A stretch of 58,441 nt of DNA, filler included, from Sphacelaria rigidula (Eukaryota), in NCBI GenBank assembly GCA_964200075.2. It is 10 parts of 10 records of this genome, joined end to end, with 100 filler letters (N's around TTAATTAATTAA, not from the genome) between each part and the next. Parts side by side here need not be neighbours in the genome. Positions count along the whole stretch, not along the records: positions 23,418 to 29,171 come from CAXNAA020024712.1; positions 29,272 to 35,025 come from CAXNAA020024713.1; positions 35,126 to 40,879 come from CAXNAA020024714.1; 7 more parts are not named here. One strand, written 5' to 3'. Shown piece after piece: positions 23,885 through 36,794 of this stretch; positions within the stretch are counted from its first letter, which is position 1, and the number at the start of each line of letters is the position of its first letter. Below the pieces are notes generated by a model that was not told where the DNA came from, did not search any database, and saw only the letters and a list, made by a program, of their open reading frames with translations. The position numbers and the translations under genes are program-made.

Positions 23885-26830
23885 CTATATATTATCCCCT
23901 TCCTGTTTCTTCGTCTCTGGCAACCATCTATCTCCTAGTATGGCGGTTGTTTTTTCCCTACTATCTAATGCACTAAACGATTCCATTTCGCCTTCGTTTG
24001 CTGCCCACATTTCCCCCTCAAACACGTCCCGTTCCTCGTTCTATAGTTCACAGTCTGCCATCAAATTATTTCTACCTTCTATTGCTTTGTCACCGGGGTA
24101 TTTCTGTGCATGTACTTCCTCCTCCACCCGGCTACTGATATACCTCCTTGTTATTTTCTGGCAGGTCCAAGAGGTCCTCCACCCGAAATCGCACCTTCAA
24201 CATTTTCGCGTAGCTCATTGGGCTGTGCATATATCTTCTCATCTCTATCCCCTCTCTCAACCTCCGTCAAATCTTCAGGCGCTCTTCCTTGTCGACTTTC
24301 TTTCTTAGCGCTTGTTTTCCCCTTCTTTTCATATTTTCGCTTACTTTCGTCTTGTACGAGTACCTCTGCCATTCGCCTATGGACATGATGATTTCGTCTT
24401 GGAGTTCTCCTCTATCCTTCCATACTTTCTCGACTACTCTACCCCACCTTATTCCACCCTGCCCTTTCGTCGCTTCCTTCCATACAGCCTTATCAACCAC
24501 GGCTGACAATCTCGTCCTTGGCATGTTCCTTACGTCATAGTGCCATTGCAACTTCTCGTGTCTCTACTTGTTTTAAGTGAGAGCATTCCCAGTTCTGTCC
24601 TCAATACTGTATTACTCGTCGTTTTTGAGGATCCACGCAATTTTTTAGGTGCTGTCATCTGTACTGTTTGCAGCTGCTCCACCGACATCGCGTTTCCTTC
24701 CTGCACATGGTACGATCGCATTCTTCAGAAAACATGTCTTGACCCTTGTATCAAAGTGCGAGTCTCTTAGAGTCAAGCCCCTCTTGCCTTTGTATGCCTT
24801 ACCCTTTTGTATTACTCTCTGTGTGCACCCCAAGAACAGTTTTTCGAGATTTCTACATCAAGGTATGCATACTGGTCTGCGATCGGCCATTCCTCCTCTC
24901 CCCGCGTACAATTGAACTCTACTGGGTTTTCCCTGTCTTATCCACAATTCTGCGCATTTGATTACGTTCTTTCTCGCTTTCTACTTCCTGGTGTATTTTA
25001 GCGCCTCCTCTACTTGATTCTGCAGTCATTTTGGTGTTTCTGATATCCCCACGAGATCACCCGCGAACACCAATCCCGACACAAAATCTTTCCTCACCCT
25101 GACTCCTTGCTTTACTGCTTCCACTTTTACTATGAACGTTTTAACAAGCACTTTCAATAAGGTGGGCAATAGCGAAAATCCCTGTGCGACTCCTTGTAAA
25201 ATATCAACACACTTCGATACTTCCCCATCTAGCATCATAGCACTTCCCGCACATACTGTCATTTTTTTCACCATTCTCACACATGTTTCCTTTGATCCCA
25301 TATCCCCGCGTCGTTTTTCCGCGGTTCATTCGTCTGCGCTGTGTCATGGGCCTTCTGCACGCCTAGAAAGAAACCGTACGTCGTGAGCTCCGCGTCTCCC
25401 CTACCTTGAATAATCTTACCTAATGTGTATACATGGTCTACGCAGCTACGGTTAGGTCTAAACCACGCTTGCCCCTGGCTGATTGCTATTGCTTCTCCAG
25501 CGTCATTCCCACTCTATCGCTCACAATCTTACGGAACGTTTTCCCCTACGGTTCTCAATGACGTCATCCCTCTGCTTTTCCCTGCGTCAGCCTGGTCTCC
25601 TTTCTTAAAAAGACTTACCTCTACTCCTTCTCTTCACCTCTTGGGTGTGTTCTGGCCTTCCCAGATCTAATTGCACAATATAACCATCATGGTAATGAGC
25701 CCTCTGCCCCGTACTTCTTAAATGCATACAATATTTCGTCTGCCCCTGCTGCCTTTCTGTTCTTGACTTTAGCTCCTCACTCCGTCACTTCCTCTCTTGG
25801 GGACTCTCTGTAATGCTTTTGAACTGCTACATTCCCGTTTTGATGCTGCTACGTTTGTGTCTGACCACACGTTGCTTTCTTTCTCGAACTCAGCGCCCAG
25901 TATGTTGTGATCCGTGGGTGTTCATATTTTTCGGTAGTGCTCTGCTTGTACTTGTCTCTCTCCCTTCGAAGTACTAACCGTTCTACGCGATCACCTTGTC
26001 TACCTCTCCTGCCTGTTTTTCTGGTGTCCTTTTATCCCCACCCACATTTATTTTATCAAGTACAAAACTTCCATTTCCCCCTCTTTTTCTTCTCCATCAT
26101 GTCTTGATCTCTTTTCGAGCTCTAGGATACTCCTCCCATCCTACCGTAGTTTGATCTTATTTACATATATTCTGCGTGGGCCTCTCTCGTTGCTCTTACA
26201 GCTTTTTTTACTTCCTCATCCCACCATGTTACTCCTCTGTCGCATACGATCAGTACCTTCCCTATTTCTTTACTTGCTGCGGTCTTGACTGATTGCTACC
26301 ATCCTTGTACAATCTTCGCTCCTGCCTGATCCCTTCCTTTTTCGGCATGAGCTGCACCTACGCTTTCCAACAGCTCGGGGTATTTCACGGCTATCTATTC
26401 TTGGAATTCTCGTTATGATATTTCTTGTTCATCTATTATACAGCTTCCCACTTCGCCTACTTTTGATAACTGTCGCTGGCTTTCTGTACATTTTAGGCAA
26501 CGATCCGTTATTTCTACGTCCGCTGCGCACACGTGTACTTCCGTTTCCTTGCTACTCCATATTCTGCATCGTCGAGTCCATTGCGGATCTGGCTTTTTTT
26601 TTGCTATTTTGGTCGACGTCTCCATCTTGTTATTCTCAAGGATTTTCAACATCTCCACCCCACCTCGCATTCTTCTCGATCCCTCTATATTGCCTATATG
26701 TTATCATTCGGTTGGCTTGTTTGTCCAACCCTTGCAATAAACTCTTCCACTAGCGGTACTTCCCCGTGACCTTAGTTAGTTATTTACGTCCTCTGCTATC
26801 TCTCCCAACTTTCTCTGAATATCGTTTAAC
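23885..26830 (-). mobile_element. Decayed non-LTR retrotransposon (LINE) ORF2 remnant with reverse-transcriptase motifs
   Basis: Minus-strand remnants include KAAGADEI (~25750), KKGDQADAGKSRGMTSL (from KKGD..PGNYRGITL), DHVYTLGKIIQGR...FFLGVQKAHD, GVAQGFSLLPTL (GV.QG..LSP.L) and GLVFAGDLVGISETP (FADD). There are many stops and frameshifts. Confidence 0.85.
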
Positions 26831-26963
26831 ACACTCTTCGGCGCGCGCGCGGGGGTGGGGGGGGGGGGGGCGGACAGGGGTGGGGTTCCCGGGCCCAAGT
26901 CNNNNNNNNNNTCCTCTCCACCGGTTTCCCTCCCTTTCTTTGTTTTGCTTGTGGTACGGTGGT

Positions 26964-27001
<38 letters not shown>

Positions 27002-27082
27002 ACAGGGTTGGTGTTCCCGAGCCCAAGTCACATGCAGCATCATGTCTACAGTATATTCTGTTCGTGGTGGGTGGGCCGCAAG

Positions 27083-29077
27083 GAGCAGCTGCAGCATCGA
27101 GTGGAGCTATGGAGCATCGTGATTGCCAAGGTTGGGTACTTACCTTTCCCTATACATAGAAACGGGTTGTGTGCCAAGTACTTGTAGTAGTCGCAGCGGC
27201 ATGTTCATCCGCCCCGTTGAAACATGCTGTAGACGGAGAATGATCTTGCTCCCGATTTCCCCAAGAACATGCACTCGAGAGAGCGTTGCAGCTATTGCTC
27301 TATAGTGGGAATCGCAAGACTTGGTTCGTATCGAAATCTCAGCCAAGAGTGCCAAGCGAAAATAAATTTTCCAGTCGAACAGACCCTGCTTTCACGATGT
27401 GCATGTATGCTCTCCACACGGTTAGGCGTGGTGATACCCGTTCTCAGACACACTGGGGTGCACATATGATCCGCGGTTACGCCATGTTTTAAGTGCATCA
27501 GCGAGTGATCGCCGTGACCACTCCACGACCATAACAGTCGTAAACTCGAGTTGAGGTAACACTTCACAAATGCTCAAAGATATACCTGAAAAATGGGAAG
27601 GCATCTTCGATCGGTAGCATCACGCGTGATAGTGACCGTCGACATGAAACTGAGGAAACCTCCTCCTTGAAAGTGCTTGCTTGGACGACTCCCCAGGGGA
27701 TTGGTGTCAGCTTTCGCGTTGCCACCACCCCTCCCGCCAGTGGGGACAAAAACCTCCCATGAATGATCTCTTCAGATCAAACAGCCGCAAGATCTCGCTG
27801 ATTTCGAGAGGAAAACAGGGAAACAGTGGAGCCCGTTTTCACACGGTAAAGATAAACATGGGCGTACAGTAGAACACAAACGTCTAGTTTGCTTGTGTAT
27901 TTGACCTATTAGGCACGCCACCACAGAGAGGGCGCAGATTGTTTCACATGATAGACGAAAACCTGTCTGAATTAAGTCTGCTCCCCACAAACGTCCTTGA
28001 CCTTGCTTTGCGCTTATACGATATTTCTTTCTCAAATTTGACGAAGTCCTGTCCATCTTCTTGTTTCCCCAGAATCGTGAAAAGTGGGAGAGGGAGCATG
28101 CGAAGGTGGCCGCGGATAAGCTGAAGAACGTCGAACTTCGTCTCAAAGACGACGCGAGGGCAAGAATTGCAGAGGTTCGTTCGGGCGAATGATTTCAAAG
28201 TTTTCGATAGACAACGTGGATTTGGGGACGCGGGAACATGACGTGGCGGCACTTTCTATGCTCCGCGCGATCGTTGACGCCTGGACGATGTGGGAATTCG
28301 TTTATTGTCAGACATGCCTCGCCGTCTGTGCTCGTGCTTTTTCGCTGTACGTACTGTACGTGTTTTTCTTCCATACAACTCGGGGGATGACTACCACGAT
28401 TCACAGGCAGGTAGATGTGTGCACGGGCATGGCAGGGCGAAACCGGATACGCTCTTGCAGTTGACGTTTTTTTTATTTCTGTTTTTATCTCATGGAATGT
28501 TCCATTCATCTCGCAGCTGACGCACTCGGGGTCCCCAGAGGCTGGCTGCACGTTTGACTCATTCATATATGCATTGGCTCGTTGCCTGCCTCGTTGTGTA
28601 TCATCACGTGGTCGGTTCATGACTCTCCACTCGGTCGATAACGTTGTCGTGATGAATGACGGTGTTACACTCTCTCGCGTGCTGCCCTATTCTTCCTTCT
28701 GCCGGCAACTCCGTAACATACCATTTGTAGTCTTTTTCCCCCTAGCGTTGAAGAGGAACGCTACGATTCCTAGAATCCAACCCTTGGCATTCATTGCCAG
28801 CGGATGGGTTTTGAATTCTTCGCAGACCAATAGCACGGTCGAATCGCGTTGCTTCTTCGCACCCGACTTGTTGAACGCTTTCGTGCAGTAGTATCCGCTG
28901 GTATACCCCGACACCATCCCCGTATACTAAAATGAGATGTACCTCCGGTGTACGTGTCCCGAAGGCTTGCGGAGAGATGGCGGCGGAAGAACGTGCCATG
29001 CGGGACTTTATCCGTCAAGAGTGGCAGGTCATGCTACGGGAGAGGAGGGGCATGGCGGCCGCCGAGAGAGAGATGAG
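27083..29077 (+). CDS. Fragment of an uncharacterised charged helical/coiled-coil protein; exons 27083-27130 (tentative), 28073-28174, 28965-29077
   Basis: In-frame splicing gives EQLQHRVELWSIVIAK|NREKWEREHAKVAADKLKNVELRLKDDARARIAE|ACGEMAAEERAMRDFIRQEWQVMLRERRGMAAAEREMR. GT donors are present; two acceptors are AAG. Confidence 0.55.
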
Positions 29078-29170
29078 GTATGTACGTATGTACGTATGTA
29101 TGTATGTATGTATGTATGTATGTATGTATGTATGTATGTATGTATGTATGAATGTATGTATGTATGTATG
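29078..29170 (+). repeat. (GTAT)n tetranucleotide microsatellite
   Basis: Directly visible; begins at the splice donor. Confidence 0.95.
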
Positions 29171-29740
29171 CNNNNNNNNNNNNNNNNNNNNNNNNNNNNN
29201 NNNNNNNNNNNNNNNTTAATTAATTAANNNNNNNNNNNNNNNNNNNNNNNNNNNNNNNNNNNNNNNNNNNNTGCTTAATTGACGTGCTTAGTGATGTGTT
29301 GTTGTGGGTGGTTGTTTGTGTCCTTTTTTGTTGCTTGCCTTAGTCGTTTGACCATTGACCACGCATCCCTTTCGAGACGGAGCACATTAGTCGGGGGGGA
29401 AATAATTGTAACGCGTGAACGTCGGCGGACAGCAGGAGTGCTGATGCAGTGGCGAATAGTATAGTGGAGAGCGCTTACACTGGGAGGAGAGGGTTGATAC
29501 CTTGAGATTGTGAACTCGCTCCCTGGGACAGGAGGGAGGGGGTCAACAGCTATGATGTGCATGCACATTTTAGAACTCGCACTCGGTCTCCATTTCGATC
29601 GCCTGCGTGCCGTTTCACTCGCCACGTCAAGACCGACGTCGGAGGTGAACATTTTTTCCTCTTTCACCACAATATTCCGACCACCTTTACGATCCGACAT
29701 GGTAGGTAGAATTACGGGTGTTGCTCTGCCCACGACGTAC

Positions 29741-29789
<49 letters not shown>

Positions 29790-31414
29790 TCCAAGTATTC
29801 CAAGGGCCGGACAAATAATGATTCGTCTGTAAATTTCTTGGTTTTAGTACAGTTGATTCGAATCGTACGAATCAACCCCTTGGCTTTGTTTTCAGCGTTG
29901 CAACCTAGGTGCACGCAGCCCAGACACGTGGAATGGCGCAAAAGTTGCGTGGATACGCCTTGGACCAGCCGTCAACGTTTTTCTCCCTCTTGGGCAATCA
30001 GGCCGAAGAAATCGTGCATTTGGTGATTCGTCCTAACCGTGAGGTATTCTTCCTAGGTCGACATGCACGCCTTGAAAAAGCATTGTTCCCATTGTCTTTT
30101 CCCCGTATATCCCCTGCCCGCACCCTGTGGCACAAAATCGGCGCATGGGGTCTTTACTAGGACGCGACGGAATTCAATACGTGCGTATTCAAGCTGGAAA
30201 TTAAGAATACTGCCAATCCCGAGGACATGCCCGACCCGCTGCCGAAGGGAACAAGCTACGCTCCCGGGCCGGGACGCACTTTGAAAGTTTTCAGGTAGGT
30301 TGAGGGCTGGCTCGAAACTCGACAACGTGGTTGATGCGCAAACTGTGTCAACGCAGGTACGATTGAACCGGTTGTTGCTGCAGAAGCTTCAAGCTGATTT
30401 TCGCGATATATTGCGGTACGTTCGTGGTCTGCCCAGGGTTTCTCATCGCATTTTGCAGTGCTGAAGTGTACCGCACGGTTTCCGGCTTCAGGGGGCTTCG
30501 CTTGCACGATCAAGACAGCCCCCCTCAAGCCTTGCACGGCGAAAACCCGGCGTGCTCCGTCCTGGCTTTGTAGGGATGCGAGGTCAATGGTGTTACGACT
30601 ATGGCATGCATGATCATGAGTACACCTCAAGGATAGGGAGTGGTGCAAGTAGCCAACTGAACTGAGATTGATACGGGTCTCGAGAAGTGGTGCACTGGTG
30701 CCTCAGCAGTACTCAACGGGAAATGCCATCAGTTTTATCCAGTTATTTTTCATCACATCCTGCTAGGACGTGAAAGCGCACAAGTTTTGCACTTCCCGTG
30801 GTGAAATAAATACCTTGGAATGTACCGCAACAAACCGACCCCTGCAAGCCTACTGGCAATTAAGGGCTTATACATGACCATATCGCGTTACTCCCTATCT
30901 TTGTACTTTTACAATCTAACAGCAGAAGCTCCAGATACCCCTTGGGTATCAAAACGGTACAGTAGGTACTGCAGACAGCATCAGGTTCAGCACAACAAAG
31001 GCTGGGGCGTTGATCTTTCGCATATCACCCCCCTCAGTTGAACATGACACGGCACGGCACACAAACACAAGTATAGCAACACCCTAGTTTGTCCGGCCAC
31101 GAAGGATAGCCCGCATTCTACACGGTCGAGCTCTACTTCTGCTACAAAACGCCGCATATTACATGTGGTACAATCACAAGCCTCAACTCGCGTCAGCATG
31201 CCGCTCATTGAACGACTAATTATGAACACTCCGCAATGGTGTTCTGCCCCTCCCCTCCCCTCCCCTCCCCTCCCCACTGCGATGTGAATGCTGACGTACA
31301 TCAATGGCGGGAGACATCACACAAAGGCATCGGCGTTGACCACAGCCCTGAATCGTCGCTGCCGCGGATGCCGTTGGTGTAATCATCTGCTTCTGTTTTT
31401 TTTTTTCGTTTCAG

Positions 31415-31541
31415 CGGTGCTTTCGAGTGGTGTGGTTACGGCGGACAGGCAGAGCGTTTTGAGGATCAGGGGGGCTTAAGACCGGTGCATGACGACATTC
31501 TCGTTGCCAAGCTTCGACCTGGGCAAGAAATTTCCTGTGAG
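31415..31541 (+). CDS. POLR1C: RNA polymerase I/III shared subunit RPAC1/RPC40 (AC40), single internal exon
   Basis: A T-rich acceptor (tttcag) and a gag|gtacgc donor bound the exon. It translates to [42 protein letters not shown], matching the RPC40 signature [15 protein letters not shown]. Confidence 0.88.
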
Positions 31542-32882
31542 GTACGCGTGTGCAACAATGTTTTCGTGACACTGAGAGCTCAGCGCTGATTGAGAGTGAT
31601 AACTAACTTGCCCATTTTTTTCATGTTGTGTGTGCTTTTCCTTGTCGGTAGCACTGTTTTGTGCTTATGGCTACACGTTGATGTCCTACTCAGGGATATC
31701 AAAGGCTTCAATAGAGAGCTTCGAGAAATGTTTTTTTGCATCTTAGGGTCAGAGTGGAAGGAAATAGCCGGCAGCGGTGCACGCTTCACTCTGAAAAGTT
31801 TAGTGCACCGTAGAATAGTGAGGTAGTGCAAGTGTCGTGAAGCGTAGTGTACGGTACAACGCAGACTCGCTGCTGTTGTTGTACAGTCAGGGATGTGCTA
31901 ATCTATGCATTTTCGAACTGGACGCTGGTCGATCGCACATTTTGCGGGGCAACCTGCGGCCAATCACTGCGGAAAAAATTCCACGTCAAGCCACATCACA
32001 TCAGCTTCCACTGTGGACTCTGACTCCATGATGCGAAAAAATATTATCCGAAACTCTCTGATGACAAGCTGGAATACTACAGAAAGCGTAACGGGCCTTG
32101 TGGAAGGGCATTTCGGAACTGAAACTACTTTATCCATCGATTGACCGCCTCTCACTCTCGATTTTATCCTGGATCACGAAAACACTGTTATGCACAGAAG
32201 TGTTCGTCTTCTCGAGTTGCTGCGAGTTCGGAGGGCGTCTTTGTCTTTTTGGTGCACCCTCGTGGCAACCGACCTGCGCAATCGTGGTTGGATATGTTGC
32301 AAGGCTCGGACGAATAAAATCGTGATACGTCCCATATATTTGACTGTTGCACGAATCAATTGTACGATTTGTACACAAATTGTGATCCGTACATGTTTTG
32401 GGCTCGTGGTTCGTGCGACACTGCACGAAACGTATGCTACAACCGTCGAAGTACATTTTTTCCATCTGTGATACATACAGCATGTGAACCATACGTACAT
32501 GTTTCGCACCTACCACTTTTGCGTTACGAACCAAGCGTACATAATTCCCACATGTCAGTCGACGGCATGAATCAAATCGACATTTTTTCTCTGTCATCAT
32601 CATTCGTGTCATATAAATCAAATCCACATTATCCCGGCCACCATGTTATGCGCCGGGATCCTTTGCTTTGGTGCATAGTGCGCAACTGCTGTTCATGAGG
32701 CACGATTCGTGGGTTAAGTTTCCGCACACACAGCTCGTGCGGCACGACTTTTGCGCGTTGTGAGTAACCTAACCTGTGATTTATGATGATTCACACATGT
32801 CAATTATTATGAAACCATTTGTACGTGTCTGCAGGAGTCGGACCTGTTTGACTAATTAGCCCGGGCGAGCGGATGAATTTGA

Positions 32883-33710
32883 CCCTTGGACGGCAAGAGT
32901 AGGTCATCTGCTGAATCGGTATCAATTTCACTTGAAAAAGTATGCATGAACCAGATGAACTATCCTCGCGGCCAAGGGGACAAGCCTTTGACGGTGAACA
33001 TGAGTCATCTGTTGAATCGGCATCATAATCACTTGGGAAAAGTATGAGTGACCGGGATGGACTTCCCTCGCTGCCAAGGACTTGACCCTTCGACCGCGAT
33101 GCGGGTAGTCCATCTCGTCTATGCATACATCTTTGAAGTGAAATTGATGCCGATTCAGCAGGTGATCTACGCCCTCGCGGTCAAAGGGTTAACCCCTCGA
33201 CGGCGAAGATAGGTCAGATGTTGAATCGGCATCAATTTCAACCTAAAGATGGATGCATAGACCAGATAGACTGCCTTCGCGGCCAAGGTGTTGATTATTT
33301 CACCGCGCGGGTAGGCGATATCTTGACTCGGCATCACCTCAAGTTATTTTTCAAGTATACATGATGCAGGTCCCACAGATCGCCCGCCCTCGTGATGAAA
33401 GAGTATAACCCTTATACCGCCATGCGGGTAGGCCATCTGGATCATGCATACTTTTACAAGTGAACTTGATGCAATTCAGCAGGTGACCTACATTCGCGGT
33501 CAAAGGGTTAACCCTTAGACCGCGGAGGTAGTCCATCTGGAACATGCATAATTTCTTCCGGTGAAATTGATGCCGATTCCAGAGATAACCTACTTTCGCC
33601 GTCCAAGGGTTAACCCTTAGACAGCGAGAGTAGGTCATGTGTTGAATCGGCATCAATTTCACTTGAAAAAAGTATGCATGGTCCATAAAGACTAACCTCG
33701 CGGTCTAGGG
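32883..33710. mobile_element. Array of eight ~96-108-bp TIR mini-elements joined at TTAA(-like) sites, mixed orientation; piggyBac-like ends
   Basis: Approximate unit consensus: CCCTT.GACCGCGAG.GTAG.TCATCTG-ttgaatcggcatcaatttcacttgaaaaagtatgcatg-CCAGATGGACTACCCTCGCGGTC.AAGGG. Perfect GGG|TTAA|CCC junctions occur at 33189, 33508 and 33610. Confidence 0.75.
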
Positions 33711-36633
33711 GCTGATGAAGCTAAAACAGAGATGACCCACACTGGCGGTCACGGTCCAACCCTTTGACCGCAAGGGTGAGTGTTCTGCGATGTTGTTCCT
33801 TCTCCATGATATGGAGGCATTGCCATCGGAGACGGTGGCCTTCGTACGTGCCAGTCGATTAAGTCATGTTCCGCAGTTTCAATTATCTTGTGCTCAAAGA
33901 GGAAGTAATCGTGAGAAGAGGGTGATCACTATCAGCACGGGTGGCTGGCCGCACGGGCGACCCTCCGTGGTGGAGAAGTCGCATCACGCACGAGGTCCGT
34001 CACAGCACAAAACGCAAGCGATTGCTACTGAGAAGAGGTCCGGGCCCAGGAGTACAGGGCGAAGTTGGTGCAGGGTTCTCTGCATGCCGGCGCCACCCCG
34101 TGCGCACTCGTTATGAATCATATACGAGTACTCCGCATATATAATTATTGCCTGACGCCATGAGCTGTACTACCCCTTCACTGCACAGCGGCACACCACA
34201 AAACGTCACATCCTTAGCTTATCCCTGTACTGTCCTGTATTGATTCCCCTCAGTCTTATGCAGTTCGCCATGACATGTACCCAGACTCTTGACGCTCGTG
34301 CTGTGGCCCATGTGTATGTGGGATACCACCCCTCGCTGCGCCACATTTTGTGCAGCTGTCCGTATTGCAACTGAGCGTTCGCTTGCACTAGGTTGTGCAC
34401 GCATGAGTAAATGTCCGCCTCTGCCAAGTGATCGTTTCCGCCTCTTGAGCGAAGCAGCATGGTCATAGAGCCGCTATGGTTCAACAAATTGCCTGTAACA
34501 TTTCACACCGTTGAGATTTCTATAGTCTCAAAGTGTACGACGAGCTGGGCCAGCCAAGAGTAGGTGTGAATCTCGCTCAGGCGACGCACGGCGCGATATT
34601 AGGAGTTGGGCGCTGAAATGACAGCAGCTTTTCATGATCGAAATGCAGAAGATCACGGGGACCAGCAGAGAAGAAAAGGAAAGAAGATGAATTTATGGGC
34701 ATTTGAAATTTGACCAAAAACAAGATAATGTCATAAGTCCAGGACAAAGAGAAGAATCTGCAGCTGGACCCGTGAAATATCAGTTCCTCGGGTGCAATAG
34801 GTCTTCCTGAAATTTCAGCTCAAAAGTCGTCGAATTGGGCCGTGCGTTCAACATTTTCCGTGACGCTGCTGCACCCCTATGAATCAAGTGATGGAAGACT
34901 TCAATTATGGAGGTAGTGGGTTCGAATCCCGACATATTCTCTTTTTTTTTTCGTCCGTCGTTAAGGTCATACATTATACGGTACATTTTTTCTTATCTTT
35001 TTTTCATTCACCGGCGGTGCCGTCTNNNNNNNNNNNNNNNNNNNNNNNNNNNNNNNNNNNNNNNNNNNNTTAATTAATTAANNNNNNNNNNNNNNNNNNN
35101 NNNNNNNNNNNNNNNNNNNNNNNNNCGTGCGTACTACTGTTGTGTGCAAGCTGACACCTACAACTCACTGCAAGAGACAGCACAGACAACAGTGTCCTGT
35201 AATCTCTCGGCTGGCAGGGTTGAAATGATAATATGAGTCAGGGAGCGACCTGCTCAATGACGGCATGGCGAATTTTATCGACCAGACTCGAACGACCAGC
35301 GCGGGGATTGTTGACGAGTGTGATGCCACTGCAAAGATCGTGTGGGGGCCCTATCCCTGGTCCAGATAAGCCCTCCCAGGTTTCCAAATGCAGGGTGGTC
35401 GCCGCTTCGTTTTATGGTATTACTTGCATTCCCTATAGAGTTCCCGAGATTTTCCAGGGGGAAGGGGGGGGGGGGGTTCGTAGTCCAATACTACAGCGTA
35501 GTAATTACACTAGCACAGGGTGAAGCGGGAAAAACCGGGAAAGAGTGTGCATGCACTAAACCCAGGTGGGCCGTGGAAAGACAAAAGGAACTACCGTCAT
35601 GAATTCTGCTTAACCCTCTGACGATGACTCACAGTGTGCAGTCAACATGTATGTAGTGGGCGGGGATGAAGCGGCATATAGGCAGTTGATCTCGGGTGCT
35701 GAGATTTGCCCAGAACGTGCAAGGGAGTATGCAGCGGCAGCTGCTGCTGCAGTCGGAGAGGCGTACTGTACTGTACTGTGCCATACTCTATGTATGAGCG
35801 CCGCAACGCTGATACCCTTCGAGGAGAACTTACCGCATGCTACAAACAGGGAAATGGCGGCCCACCCCGACCACAAAGGCTTGTGTGGCAAGGTGATAGG
35901 GACAATAATATAATCCAAAGCCACGAGTGGCGGGCGGCCCGCTGGTCGCCGCGTCCTGTTGGAAGCTCTCAACCGCGACTTATACCGCTTGCTACATCAG
36001 ATGTACACTACCTAATGCACCTGAAAATAGATTGGATGAAACTTTCGGTCTTCCTCCTAACCCTGCGGTTTGATACGCGGATTTTAGAAAAGCTCCACCG
36101 TTTCGTGCAGACGCCAGACACTCCACTACTAACCGGCCTCATTGATCGTTCTGGAGGCCCGGTCCCAAAAGGGATGACGTACAAAATCAACACTTGGAGT
36201 AAGAACGCGCTAAACTCATCTTGTACCCCTGACATTTTTACCCCGAATTTGATCGTTCATAACTGGCGGCGCATCCATAAAGCCAACAGTCTATGAACCC
36301 ACAAATCCCACAGGGAACAGTATATGTGCGAGGCAGCCGTTCGGAGTGCCATTCTAGCGGAATGTGTTGAGGTGATTCGAAAACTATACGGGAATGAATG
36401 TACAGTATATCAAACATCGACCTTTGTAGTCGGGTTGCGAGTGCGCCGCCGATCCATCTTCCGCATGATCGCGGGAGGCAACCCAAGCGAGTTGACCCAC
36501 GAACATCGACGTCACGTTCGCCTGCCCCCGTGGTGAACCTGAGGTCGTTCTGCGGGCATCTTAGATCCAACGTGTCAACCTCATCAACAGCTCGGATCGT
36601 ACACTACAAGTGAATGCCAGATGGACGGGTTGA

Positions 36634-36794
36634 TTCTTTTGGGAATAGACTCCCAGAAACATGGTGTTTGCACGCAGGGGCCCTTGTGTGAATCGGCATC
36701 ATTTTTAGTCGTTTTTAAGTAATAATGATGCCGATTCACAAAAAGATCCCTGCGCGCAAACACCATGTTTCGGGAGAGTCTGATCCCCAAAGGG
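36634..36794. mobile_element. ~160-bp foldback MITE-like element ending CAAAGGG|TTAA
   Basis: Long inverted arms: gactcccagaaacatggtgtttgcacgcaggg...tgtgaatcggcatcatt and aatgatgccgattcaca...ccctgcgcgcaaacaccatgtttcgggagagtc. Flanks are ttga and ttaa. Confidence 0.7.

Noticed and set aside
26850..27030. Duplicated ggcggacagggg...cccaagtc segment and Gly/Pro-rich ORFs
   Set aside because: Same G-miscall duplication pattern across an internal 10-N gap.
32883..33710. CRISPR-like array
   Set aside because: Whole units are homologous with no unique spacers, orientation flips, there are no cas genes and the context is eukaryotic.
34865..34950. tRNA gene suggested by GGTTCGAATCCC (B-box/T-loop)
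   Set aside because: No acceptor stem, D-arm or anticodon arm could be folded; at most a decayed SINE head.
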